From the IMG/VR virus record IMGVR_UViG_2925891887_000008: DNA of 38,557 nt, one strand, 5' to 3'. A model generated the notes under the pieces. It was not told where the DNA came from. It made no database searches and saw only the letters and a list, made by a program, of their open reading frames with translations. The translations under genes were made by a program, and so were the position numbers. The stretch comes from a virus. Taxonomy: Duplodnaviria; Heunggongvirae; Uroviricota; Caudoviricetes. Shown here piece by piece: positions 29,201-37,834 of this stretch (position 1 is the first letter of the stretch; every line of letters starts with the position of its first letter).

Positions 29201-29216
29201 CTGTTTATATTTACAG
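29201..29216. promoter_or_regulatory. LexA box (CTGTTTATATTTACAG)
   Basis: Perfect CTGT-N8-ACAG with AT-rich spacer, upstream of the minus-strand small ORF and dinI-like gene. Confidence 0.6.
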
Positions 29217-29310
29217 CACATAATAATCTTACTGATGTAAAACGTTTTTTTACGTTCATTAGCCTGATATGCCTGGTATTATTAAGAGCACGAATTGTTA
29301 ACCCGCGTAA

Positions 29311-31725
29311 TTAATACAGGTTTCGCCACTTATCATCTTCCTGCAAACGCTGGTTCCGATAGAAGATACGCAGGCCTGCTCCTGACGGAATACTGCCGCC
29401 GCGAAGGAGTAAATCGACCTCTTTCTCGCTGCCATTAAATCCTCTGGACTTCAGTTCATAGACGAGCTGCTGTCGCTGATGGTCTGTAATTCGCTGTTTG
29501 TAGTCTTTACGCCGTTTCGGTTTCACCAGGCGTAACCTTGCAGCCAGTTCCCGGCGCTCTTTTTTGCTCATACTGTGCAGGTAATCGTGCAACTCCTTGT
29601 CATCCATGCGGGTAATGTCCGTCCTAGTATCCCCATCAGCTGATTTGTCTTTCCCTTGTTGGTTCAAATTTTCAGCAAGGGGACAGTTATTGCCACGAGT
29701 CCAAGGGGCGCAAGCGCCCTGGTCGGCTGCCGCCTCCTGAACGTCAACGGCCTTACGAACCATTTTCCACTTCACCGCATGAGTGCAGATCTTGCCCTCT
29801 GCAATGGGTGACCAGATGCCATAAATACGAATACCGTGATCGCCATATGCGGTCGGTTCTTCGTTGATTTCATAAGCAGTTCTGATGAGGTGATATTTGC
29901 GGGGAACCAGTACGCCTCCCTGCTTCATGATGTAGGTGGCAAAACAACCAGCATCGGCAGCAGCCAGGATTGCATCAAGGCGCGGGTTATCCAGTACCGG
30001 CGCACCTGCTTTTTTGTCCCCCTGTTGCCTTGCCGCCTGACCAGCCAGCAATCGCAGTTCACGGTAAGCCTGACGCCCCGGAATGCCAAAGAAGCGGAAT
30101 TGCTGAACACGATGCAGAGACGCCCAGGCATTAACGTATTCAGCGTTATCACGCAGGGATTTACCCGTTTCCTTGCTGATCTCGCCAGCCAGACCACGCC
30201 CGTCAATGTTCTTACTGATGTATTTCGCGATGTAGCTTGTTGGCGTACCTTTGCGCGGGTTTATCAGCTCAGACTTAAAGCGTGGTCCCGTGTTATTACC
30301 CAGCTCCTCGCGGTCTTCACGAATGGCAAACTTACGCAACAAAGCAGTAATGGTGCGGCGATCTTTTTTGCGCATAAAACACAACAGGTGCCAGTGAACT
30401 GTACCGTCATGATGCGGCTCAGCCACCCGCACGCCATACCAGCGCAATCCGGCTTTGTGCATCGCCTTACGAAATGCAGCAAACATGCCGACCAGATAAT
30501 CACTGCTTTGTCTTACCGTCGTATTTGTCCAGGTCGGGTTGGGCCTGCCGTTATTTAGCGTGGAATGGAAACGTGACGGACAGGTGATGGTGTAGAAAAC
30601 GGCGCAGTCACCGCGCATTTCCGCGATAAGCTCCAGACCTTTAACACAGGCCATCATCTCATTGCGGCGATGCGCAGGGTTGCTGCTGCTGGCGTTTACC
30701 ACATCCTCCATGTCCAGCGTGTCGCCGTCTTCGTTCACCAGTTCATGAGAACGGAAAAACTCCAGCGACTTACGGCGCTGCTCACGTTTATGCATCATGG
30801 CTTCATAGCTGACATAGGGAGATGCTTTTTTGCTGACCAGGCAAACAGCACGCAACTGCTCTTCCCGCCATTCGCAACGCATCTTCCATAATTTCCGGTA
30901 CCACCAATCGGCGCACAACATACGCGCCAGCGAACCCGGAATGAGTTCATAGGGCACGGGTTTACGGCGGTTTCTTTTCCGGCGGAGTTGCTCAAACGCA
31001 GGCGGTATGACATCCAGTCGCAGGGTTTCTGCTGCCACCTTTTCCCATGTCTTGCGGATTTCTTCTGGCTTAACGTCATCGGTGGCATACAAATCGCCAC
31101 AAGCTGCATCAAGGCACATGCTCATATGCGCAGCAACAAGGGTGGACAGGCGTTTCACCTGATCCTGACTCATTTCAGGCAGAATCAGCAGGCCGTCCAG
31201 CCCTTCATGGCTTGCCATAAAGCGAAAAGAAGTGGATAGCTGACTGTCGCGTACATGCTCCAGCCGTTCCAGACATGGCTTAATCGTCTCACGTAAATAG
31301 CGGGAATAAGCCTTTGGCCTGCCAAGGCTGCTGAAGTATTCAATACGTTGCATCAGCGGCCTGCTGATATGGGAAGGCTGGGCGTTAACGTCTGCCAGAA
31401 TGACCATGTCCGGGTTAAAACGCTGCTGCTCATGCGCCAACTTTGCCCGGCTAATGAACTTATCCTGCTCCATTTCGCGCTGGACAGGATCACGGGATTC
31501 ATTAAAGAAATAACGCTCCCAAACCTGATCACTCAGTGCCTCGCGGCGCAGTTGTTCCTGCTCGTTATCGGCAGCGTACAGAGTGATCAGGTTTGAAAGC
31601 GCAGAAACCGGCGCAACTTCCGCCGGGTCCAGATAAGGGTTAATAGCCTTTTTCGGGCTGTTCCATGAGAATGCTGCGGCGGCCTCGTTAAAGCCGCTGC
31701 AGTTGTTCATATCAGCATGGCTCAT
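29311..31725 (-). CDS. A: Replication initiation endonuclease A (rolling-circle)
   Basis: 804-aa ORF at the P2 gene A position, upstream of cos. Confidence 0.85.
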   Translation of the reverse strand: MSHADMNNCSGFNEAAAAFSWNSPKKAINPYLDPAEVAPVSALSNLITLYAADNEQEQLRREALSDQVWERYFFNESRDPVQREMEQDKFISRAKLAHEQQRFNPDMVILADVNAQPSHISRPLMQRIEYFSSLGRPKAYSRYLRETIKPCLERLEHVRDSQLSTSFRFMASHEGLDGLLILPEMSQDQVKRLSTLVAAHMSMCLDAACGDLYATDDVKPEEIRKTWEKVAAETLRLDVIPPAFEQLRRKRNRRKPVPYELIPGSLARMLCADWWYRKLWKMRCEWREEQLRAVCLVSKKASPYVSYEAMMHKREQRRKSLEFFRSHELVNEDGDTLDMEDVVNASSSNPAHRRNEMMACVKGLELIAEMRGDCAVFYTITCPSRFHSTLNNGRPNPTWTNTTVRQSSDYLVGMFAAFRKAMHKAGLRWYGVRVAEPHHDGTVHWHLLCFMRKKDRRTITALLRKFAIREDREELGNNTGPRFKSELINPRKGTPTSYIAKYISKNIDGRGLAGEISKETGKSLRDNAEYVNAWASLHRVQQFRFFGIPGRQAYRELRLLAGQAARQQGDKKAGAPVLDNPRLDAILAAADAGCFATYIMKQGGVLVPRKYHLIRTAYEINEEPTAYGDHGIRIYGIWSPIAEGKICTHAVKWKMVRKAVDVQEAAADQGACAPWTRGNNCPLAENLNQQGKDKSADGDTRTDITRMDDKELHDYLHSMSKKERRELAARLRLVKPKRRKDYKQRITDHQRQQLVYELKSRGFNGSEKEVDLLLRGGSIPSGAGLRIFYRNQRLQEDDKWRNLY

Positions 31726-32579
31726 GCACGCACTCCGTACACGGCAGAACTATCCACGCCACGCGAAGGATCAAATCCCACCCAGCAGCGCGCCCCAGAA
31801 ACAGCGATGATTTCTGTTGCAGATTTACTCTCGCCAGCCGACACACCGATGCTGCGTTGTGCCTTGATGTAGTGGTGAGTGAAATTTCGATACAGCGAAC
31901 GGATCAGGGATGTGTCACTGTTAGAAACAATGACTGGATGACCTTCTGATGATCGATATTCAAGAACAGATGCCAGGTGATACTGGTCATCTTCAGTGAA
32001 GCCGTTAGTGTGATAGCCGGAAAACGTACCGTCATAAGGCGGATCGCAATACACCACATCCCCCACCTGCAGCATCGCCAGCGTTTCATCAAAGCTGGCG
32101 CAGATAAACGTTGCTTGCTGGGCTTTCTCTGCAAATGCGCGAATTTCTTTTTCAGGGAAATACGGATTTTTATAATTACCGTATGGAATGTTGAAATGCC
32201 CGCTCTTGTTATAACGACATAACCCACGGTAACCATGACGATTGAGATACAGGAAATATACCGCTTTCATGAAATCAGTAATTTCAGTGGAGTAATTAAA
32301 CTCCTGCCTTATGTTGTAATAAGCCAACTCCCTGTTTGCTTCCTCAAATAAAGCTCTGGCACGAGATATAAACGCCTCGCAATCAGCAGCAACCTTTTTA
32401 TAGAGGTTGATTAAATCAGGATTAATATCCGCAACAAGATAGCTGGGGTAATCCGTCTCCATCATCACAGCACAGGAACCCGCGAAAGGTTCAACCAGTC
32501 GCGGGCCAGCAGGAAGGTGTTTTTTCAGTTCGGACATAATGGCGGTTTTATTTCCCGCCCATTTCAGGATGGTGCTCAT
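31722..32579 (-). CDS. dam: DNA adenine methyltransferase (Dam-like, N6-adenine MTase)
   Basis: LKWAGNK N-terminus and DPPY catalytic motif ([12 protein letters not shown]); start at MSTILKW overlaps the upstream stop. Confidence 0.85.
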   Translation of the reverse strand: MSTILKWAGNKTAIMSELKKHLPAGPRLVEPFAGSCAVMMETDYPSYLVADINPDLINLYKKVAADCEAFISRARALFEEANRELAYYNIRQEFNYSTEITDFMKAVYFLYLNRHGYRGLCRYNKSGHFNIPYGNYKNPYFPEKEIRAFAEKAQQATFICASFDETLAMLQVGDVVYCDPPYDGTFSGYHTNGFTEDDQYHLASVLEYRSSEGHPVIVSNSDTSLIRSLYRNFTHHYIKAQRSIGVSAGESKSATEIIAVSGARCWVGFDPSRGVDSSAVYGVRA

Positions 32580-32803
32580 ACAGCACCTCCGTTGTAATGT
32601 TTGCCTTTCAGCTCTGCAATTTCCTGGCAGGTAATGCAAAGCTGCACACCCGGAATGGCACGGCGGCGTGCTGGCGGAATTGGCGCTTCACACTCAATGC
32701 AAAGCACGCGAGACACGCCCGGTGTTTTGGCACGGGCAGCACGGATATGGCGCTGGCGTTCTTCTTCAACGCGCTGCTGTACGAGATCCATTGCATCAGC
32801 CAT
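32576..32803 (-). CDS. TraR/DksA-family C4 zinc-finger protein
   Basis: 75-aa ORF with CIEC...CITC Cys pairs. Confidence 0.7.
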   Translation of the reverse strand: MADAMDLVQQRVEEERQRHIRAARAKTPGVSRVLCIECEAPIPPARRRAIPGVQLCITCQEIAELKGKHYNGGAV

Positions 32804-33042
32804 TAGTGGATCTCCTGCGCTTCGTTCTGGATTGCTTCAGCAGTCACACGCAGCAGTTCTGCCGCTTCCACGTGGTTTAGCTGACGGGATGAGATATGAC
32901 ACGCCAGGCTATCAAGGCGAGCTGCCATTGCTTCAGCCCTTGCCCGGCGTTCTTCCAGACGAGCCACTGTCAGTAAAATATTAAGCCCTGCATCATCCGA
33001 TCCGGTTTTAGTCGTGAGGATCTCAATATTACGCATAATCAA
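32803..33042 (-). CDS. Hypothetical early phage protein (79 aa)
   Basis: ORF in the early operon; no recognisable motif. Confidence 0.4.
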   Translation of the reverse strand: MIMRNIEILTTKTGSDDAGLNILLTVARLEERRARAEAMAARLDSLACHISSRQLNHVEAAELLRVTAEAIQNEAQEIH

Positions 33043-33103
33043 TTCTCCTGAATTTAGATAAAGGGATGCTCGGCGGGTTTACGCCATTAATTTCATTAGT
33101 TGG

Positions 33104-33445
33104 TTAATTCGGCATGGTTAGCCGTCTGGGAAATAAGCTCACCACTGCACGAAAATGATTCATTGCTTTAATCAACTCCCGCTTTTCGTCAGTGGTCAGC
33201 TCATTGATGCTGATGCTATGACGTTCAGCCGGAATTTTTGCCATAAAGAATATGGCTGCCAGTGCTCGTTTATTTTGTTCGTTATTGATATCCCGTGGAT
33301 CACGCATATCTTTAATAAACCGCTCAAGCTCTGACTCAATATTCAGGCCAAAAACTTTTGCCCTTAATTCCGCTATGTGATTAAGTCCATTCAGGCGTTC
33401 ACCGGGGCTTAATGGAACAGTCGCCGCAGCGCCTTCAATAGCCAT
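33104..33445 (-). CDS. Hypothetical early phage protein (113 aa)
   Basis: ORF in the early operon between cII and the TraR-like gene; start uncertain. Confidence 0.4.
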   Translation of the reverse strand: MAIEGAAATVPLSPGERLNGLNHIAELRAKVFGLNIESELERFIKDMRDPRDINNEQNKRALAAIFFMAKIPAERHSISINELTTDEKRELIKAMNHFRAVVSLFPRRLTMPN

Positions 33446-33609
33446 TTGTTCCCCCGTTTTTTCGTAGATAGTTCTGCCAGCAATTCATCTTGTGAACGGC
33501 ACGGATGCCAGCGTTTACCATCCTCACCCATGATCCAGCCGTGACCGTAGTGCATTGCCGGGCTTTGTTTTACCAGCAGCGATGCAAATGATGGTTCTTT
33601 CGTCAGCAT
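33409..33609 (-). CDS. Hypothetical small early protein (fil/dhr position in 186)
   Basis: ORF immediately downstream of cII; start taken at an internal Met to avoid overlap with cII. Confidence 0.3.
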   Translation of the reverse strand: MLTKEPSFASLLVKQSPAMHYGHGWIMGEDGKRWHPCRSQDELLAELSTKKRGNKWLLKALRRLFH

Positions 33610-33616
33610 AAGCACC

Positions 33617-34126
33617 TCACAGCAAACCGAATGAAGCACCGAGGCCAGTCACGGTATCAACTGCACTCGCCATTGCAGGATTAGCCTGTAAACGGGCCTG
33701 CAATGAAACAGCAGCCAGCGCCATCAGTCGTGTTACAGAGTTAATGCTGCTGATAGCATCACGACGACCGGCACTAGTTTTTACATCACCAGATACCGCA
33801 CCTGCTGCAACACGTCCGATCTCTGCAGTTGCGCTCATGACGTAATGCGGCAGTTTCTCTTTTGCAACCTCATTAATCGGTACACATGGCAGGCAGTGAA
33901 TCTGTGCCAGAAAACCATCTACCAGCGTTGAATCTTCAGTCAGATCGGTAAGCAGCCAGATTTCTGGTGCGGTTAATAAATGAGGCTGAGCTGGGTTCAG
34001 CTTGTTCCGCAGAATCTGCACATTCATGCCTGCACGTTCTGCCAGTTGCACCAGATTGTGGCGCAGTGCAAATGCACGACAGGCTTCATCAAAATGTGGA
34101 TGTTTGGAAACTTGGTAATCAAACAT
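33617..34126 (-). CDS. cII: CII regulatory protein (186-like)
   Basis: [24 protein letters not shown]... closely matches remembered 186 CII. Confidence 0.75.
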   Translation of the reverse strand: MFDYQVSKHPHFDEACRAFALRHNLVQLAERAGMNVQILRNKLNPAQPHLLTAPEIWLLTDLTEDSTLVDGFLAQIHCLPCVPINEVAKEKLPHYVMSATAEIGRVAAGAVSGDVKTSAGRRDAISSINSVTRLMALAAVSLQARLQANPAMASAVDTVTGLGASFGLL

Positions 34127-34158
34127 GGTCAATGCCTCTGATGTATTTCAGAATCGAA

Positions 34159-34380
34159 CTAATTAAGGTTTAGATTGCATTCTGAAAGCGCATCAACGGT
34201 CATGGCTGCTATGTTGATCATCACTTTTTCGCGTTTTTTATCTTTGCGCAAACGGTGACGGATAAGGCGTCCATCAGCCAACATGTCATTGATGGTATCG
34301 ATGGACAGTCCTGTCAGCTCGCTATAGCGTTCAATAGTCACATGAGGCGTGGTAAGAGTGATTGAAATGTTAGGTCTCAT
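34159..34380 (-). CDS. apl: Apl/Cox-like excisionase and transcriptional regulator
   Basis: 73-aa basic protein, first gene of the early operon, divergent from cI. Confidence 0.6.
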   Translation of the reverse strand: MRPNISITLTTPHVTIERYSELTGLSIDTINDMLADGRLIRHRLRKDKKREKVMINIAAMTVDALSECNLNLN

Positions 34381-34505
34381 GATGCAACATTCCTCGTTTA
34401 ATGATGATTAATCAGGACGAATACGGATCGTTTGTATTTTGTGAACACCATAAACATACGATCGCACTATGAAATCGTCAAGATAAAAGTTCACTTGGAG
34501 TGACC
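34381..34505. promoter_or_regulatory. Immunity switch region (face-to-face lytic/lysogenic promoters and operators)
   Basis: 125-bp gap between divergent apl and cI; GTGAAC...GTTCAC inverted repeat at 34442-34447 / 34489-34494. Confidence 0.35.
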
Positions 34506-35075
34506 ATGAATTTGGAGAAAGGCGGACGAGGCGCTATAGAGCGCATGGTAGAAGCTTATGGATTCAAAACTCGACAGGCGTTGTGCGATCATTTAGGAAT
34601 CTCTAAAAGTACACTCGCTACACGCTACATGCGTGACTCATTCCCAGCAGAATGGGTAATCCAGTGCGCCCTTGAAACGGGCACCTCGCTTAATTGGCTC
34701 ACAACTGGACATGGTTCAAAGCAAACTTCAGGTAATACAAATACGATGGAAGTTGCTAAATATGTATTATCTGATGGTGCCTTGCGTGAAGACGGTTTTT
34801 ATATTTTTGATAAGGGATTTCTACCCTCTACGTTTAAAAAACCTTTTGTCATCACAGATAACAATTCTGAATTTATTTGTGATAAAGAATTTGATGATAT
34901 ACGTGATGGTAAATGGGTAATAAGTATTGATGGCGAAATAACAATCCGCGACATTACTCGTTTACCCGGTGGAAGAATCTTCGTTGAAGGTGGAAACAGA
35001 ACCTTCGAGTGCAAGATAGAAGATGTTGAAATAATTGGAAAAATTATAAGTTTGACAATTAAGTACGTTAGGTAA
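34506..35075 (+). CDS. cI: CI immunity repressor (186-like)
   Basis: 189-aa protein with N-terminal HTH-like region (EAYGFKTRQALCDHLGISKSTLATRY), RBS GGAG; the track ORF starts 6 nt upstream at a GTG. Confidence 0.8.
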   Translation: MNLEKGGRGAIERMVEAYGFKTRQALCDHLGISKSTLATRYMRDSFPAEWVIQCALETGTSLNWLTTGHGSKQTSGNTNTMEVAKYVLSDGALREDGFYIFDKGFLPSTFKKPFVITDNNSEFICDKEFDDIRDGKWVISIDGEITIRDITRLPGGRIFVEGGNRTFECKIEDVEIIGKIISLTIKYVR

Positions 35076-35090
35076 TACCGGGAGGAAACT

Positions 35091-35282
35091 ATGCTTGGTA
35101 AGGTATTTTTTGTGGTTTTATCATGCTCTTTGTTATTAAACCCACTAACTACCTATGCTAAAAATTATCCTTGTTCTGGGAAAAAGGGAGGTGTCTCTCA
35201 CTGTACCTCCGATGGAAAGTTCGTTTGCAATGATGGAACTATTAGTAAATCAAAAAAAATCTGTACTAAAAACTCGCGATAA
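35091..35282 (+). CDS. Small secreted Cys-containing peptide (63 aa), unknown function
   Basis: Strong RBS GGGAGG, signal peptide (...TYA/KN), five Cys in the mature part; AT-rich. Confidence 0.4.
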   Translation: MLGKVFFVVLSCSLLLNPLTTYAKNYPCSGKKGGVSHCTSDGKFVCNDGTISKSKKICTKNSR

Positions 35283-35425
35283 TTTTTGCTTTTATATCTG
35301 CGCCTAATATAACAATGAGCCGCAGGCTAACCGCAAAAGTCACATACTCACATAGCAAAAAATAGCCAACTTCATTATGGCTTCAGTGAGATGTATGGTC
35401 GCAAGATTTCATACATTGACACTGG

Positions 35426-35433
35426 TTATACAT
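35426..35433. repeat. ISL3-family element target-site duplication, left copy (TTATACAT)
   Basis: Identical 8-mer flanks both ends of the element. Confidence 0.75.
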
Positions 35434-36748
35434 GGGTCTTCCCTTGTTGTGGTGGCTGAAGGCATGATAATGGTGTATTTAATCGCCAGAGGTCACCGCC
35501 ATGGACGAAAAGTCCCTCTACGCTCATATTCTCAACCTGTCCGATCCGTGGCAGGTAAAGTCCCTTTCTCTCGATGAAAATGCCGGTTCTGTTACTGTCA
35601 CTATTGAGATCGCTGAAAACACCCGGCTAGCCTGTCCGACCTGCGGTAAATCCTGTTCTGTTCACGATCACCGTCATCGTAAATGGCGCCATCTTGATAC
35701 CTGCCAGTTCACCACTATTGTTGAAGCCGATGTTCCACGAATTATGTGTCCGGAGCATGGCTGCCTGACGTTGCCTGTTCCGTGGGCTGGCCCCGGAAGC
35801 CGGTATACGTTGCTATTCGAATCGTTCGTTCTCTCATGGCTGAAAATCAGCACCGTTGATGCTGTCAGGAAGCAACTTAAGCTCAGTTGGAATGCGGTTG
35901 ACGGCATTATGACCCGGGCAGTTAAGCGAGGTCTTGCCCGGATAAAAAAGCCATTATCCGCCCGTCATATGAATGTGGATGAGGTCGCCTTTAAAAAAGG
36001 ACATCGTTACATAACGGTGATCTCCGATCGCGATGGTCGGGCGCTGGCCTTAACGGATGATCGCGGCACAGAGAGTCTTGCCGGCTATCTTCGCACGCTC
36101 ACTGATGGGCAGTTGCTGGCTATCAAAACGCTCTCAATGGACATGAACGCGGGCTATATAAGAGCAGCGCGTATCCACTTACCCAGTGCGGTTGAGAAAA
36201 TCGCCTTTGACCGCTTCCATGTGGCGAAGCAACTGGGCGAGGTAGTTGATAAAACCCGTCAGAATGAACATCCGCACCTCCCTGTTGAAAGCCGACACCA
36301 GGCAAAAGGAACCCGCTTCCTGTGGCAGTACAGCGATAAGTGGATGACCGAATCCCGGCAGGAAAAGCTGATGTGGCTGCGTGCACAGATGAAGCTGACG
36401 AGCCAGTGCTGGGCGCTGAAAGAGCTGGCAAAGGATATCTGGAACAGGCCATGGAGCGAGGAAAGACGGAGTGACTGGCAGAGATGGTTGGCGCTGGCGG
36501 CTAACAGTGACGTTCCCATGATGAAAAATGCCGCGAAAACGATAGGAAAAAGGCTGTACGGGATCCTGAATGCGATGCGACACAGTGTCTCAAACGGAAA
36601 TGCGGAGGCACTTAACAGCAAGATCAGGCTGCTGAGGATAAAAGCCAGGGGATACCGAAACCGGGAGCGCTTTAAACTGGGGGTGATGTTCCACTACGGA
36701 AAGCTGAATATGGCGTTCTGAGCCTTCCCACCATGATCGGGGAAGACC
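35434..36748 (+). mobile_element. ISL3-family insertion sequence (1315 bp)
   Basis: Imperfect terminal inverted repeats GGGTCTTCCC..TGGTGG at both ends, single transposase ORF, 8-bp duplication. Confidence 0.8.
35501..36721 (+). CDS. ISL3-family transposase
   Basis: 406-aa ORF with N-terminal zinc-ribbon-like CPTCG...CPEHGC and a DDE-like core. Confidence 0.8.
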   Translation: MDEKSLYAHILNLSDPWQVKSLSLDENAGSVTVTIEIAENTRLACPTCGKSCSVHDHRHRKWRHLDTCQFTTIVEADVPRIMCPEHGCLTLPVPWAGPGSRYTLLFESFVLSWLKISTVDAVRKQLKLSWNAVDGIMTRAVKRGLARIKKPLSARHMNVDEVAFKKGHRYITVISDRDGRALALTDDRGTESLAGYLRTLTDGQLLAIKTLSMDMNAGYIRAARIHLPSAVEKIAFDRFHVAKQLGEVVDKTRQNEHPHLPVESRHQAKGTRFLWQYSDKWMTESRQEKLMWLRAQMKLTSQCWALKELAKDIWNRPWSEERRSDWQRWLALAANSDVPMMKNAAKTIGKRLYGILNAMRHSVSNGNAEALNSKIRLLRIKARGYRNRERFKLGVMFHYGKLNMAF

Positions 36749-36756
36749 CTTATACA
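36749..36756. repeat. ISL3-family element target-site duplication, right copy (TTATACAT)
   Basis: Identical to 35426..35433. Confidence 0.75.
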
Positions 36757-36792
36757 TACAGTAAAAATGCTCTCTATTGGAGGGCATTTTTT

Positions 36793-37824
36793 ATGGCAGT
36801 ACGAAAACTCACCACAGGAAAATGGCTTTGCGAATGTTACCCCGCCGGACGTAGTGGGCGTCGTGTGCGTAAACAATTCGCCACCAAAGGCGAAGCACTG
36901 GCTTTTGAGCGTCACACGATGGAAGAAACCGAAGCAAAGCCCTGGCTGGGCGAATCAGTAGATCGTCGAACCCTGAAAGACGTGGTTGAGCTATGGTTCA
37001 AACTACATGGTAAATCTCTGACTGCTGGGCAGCATGTCTATGACAAATTGCTGCTGATGGTTGACGCTCTGGGCAATCCCCTTGCAACCGATCTCACATC
37101 TAAAATGTTTGCCCATTATCGAGATAAACGACTGACAGGTGAGATCTACTTCAGCGAGAAATGGAAGAAAGGGGCCAGCCCGGTCACCATTAACCTGGAG
37201 CAAAGCTATCTAAGTAGTGTTTTTAGCGAACTATCCCGCCTGGGCGAATGGTCGTATCCAAACCCACTGGAGAACATGCGAAAATTCACCATCGCAGAAA
37301 AAGAGATGGCATGGCTTACCCATGAGCAGATTGTTGAACTGCTGGATGATTGCAAACGTCAGGACCCAATTCTGGCACTGGTAGTCAAGATATGCTTAAG
37401 CACAGGCGCACGCTGGCGAGAAGCAATAAACCTAACCCGATCACAGGTGACCAAATACCGAATTACCTTTGTAAGAACGAAGGGGAAGAAAAACAGAAGC
37501 ATCCCTATCAGTAAAGAGCTTTATGAAGAGATCATGGCGCTTGATGGGTTCAATTTCTTCACAGACTGCTATTTTCAATTTTTATCCGTGATGGAAAAAA
37601 CGTCTATCGTGCTCCCTCGCGGTCAACTTACACACGTTCTGCGTCATACGTTTGCGGCGCATTTCATGATGTCGGGTGGAAACATCCTTGCTTTGCAAAA
37701 AATCCTCGGACATCACGACATAAAAATGACTATGCGTTATGCTCATCTATCACCTGATCACTTAGAGACAGCTCTTCGTTTCAATCCACTAGCAACTTTG
37801 GATGTTACTAAATCAGATTCTTAA
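36793..37824 (+). CDS. int: Tyrosine integrase (P2/186 family)
   Basis: MAVRKLTTGKW...LSTGARWREA...HVLRHTFA...YAHL has the tyrosine-recombinase catalytic residues; RBS GGAGG. The track ORF has a spurious upstream extension. Confidence 0.9.
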   Translation: MAVRKLTTGKWLCECYPAGRSGRRVRKQFATKGEALAFERHTMEETEAKPWLGESVDRRTLKDVVELWFKLHGKSLTAGQHVYDKLLLMVDALGNPLATDLTSKMFAHYRDKRLTGEIYFSEKWKKGASPVTINLEQSYLSSVFSELSRLGEWSYPNPLENMRKFTIAEKEMAWLTHEQIVELLDDCKRQDPILALVVKICLSTGARWREAINLTRSQVTKYRITFVRTKGKKNRSIPISKELYEEIMALDGFNFFTDCYFQFLSVMEKTSIVLPRGQLTHVLRHTFAAHFMMSGGNILALQKILGHHDIKMTMRYAHLSPDHLETALRFNPLATLDVTKSDS

Positions 37825-37834
37825 AGGTTCAAGC

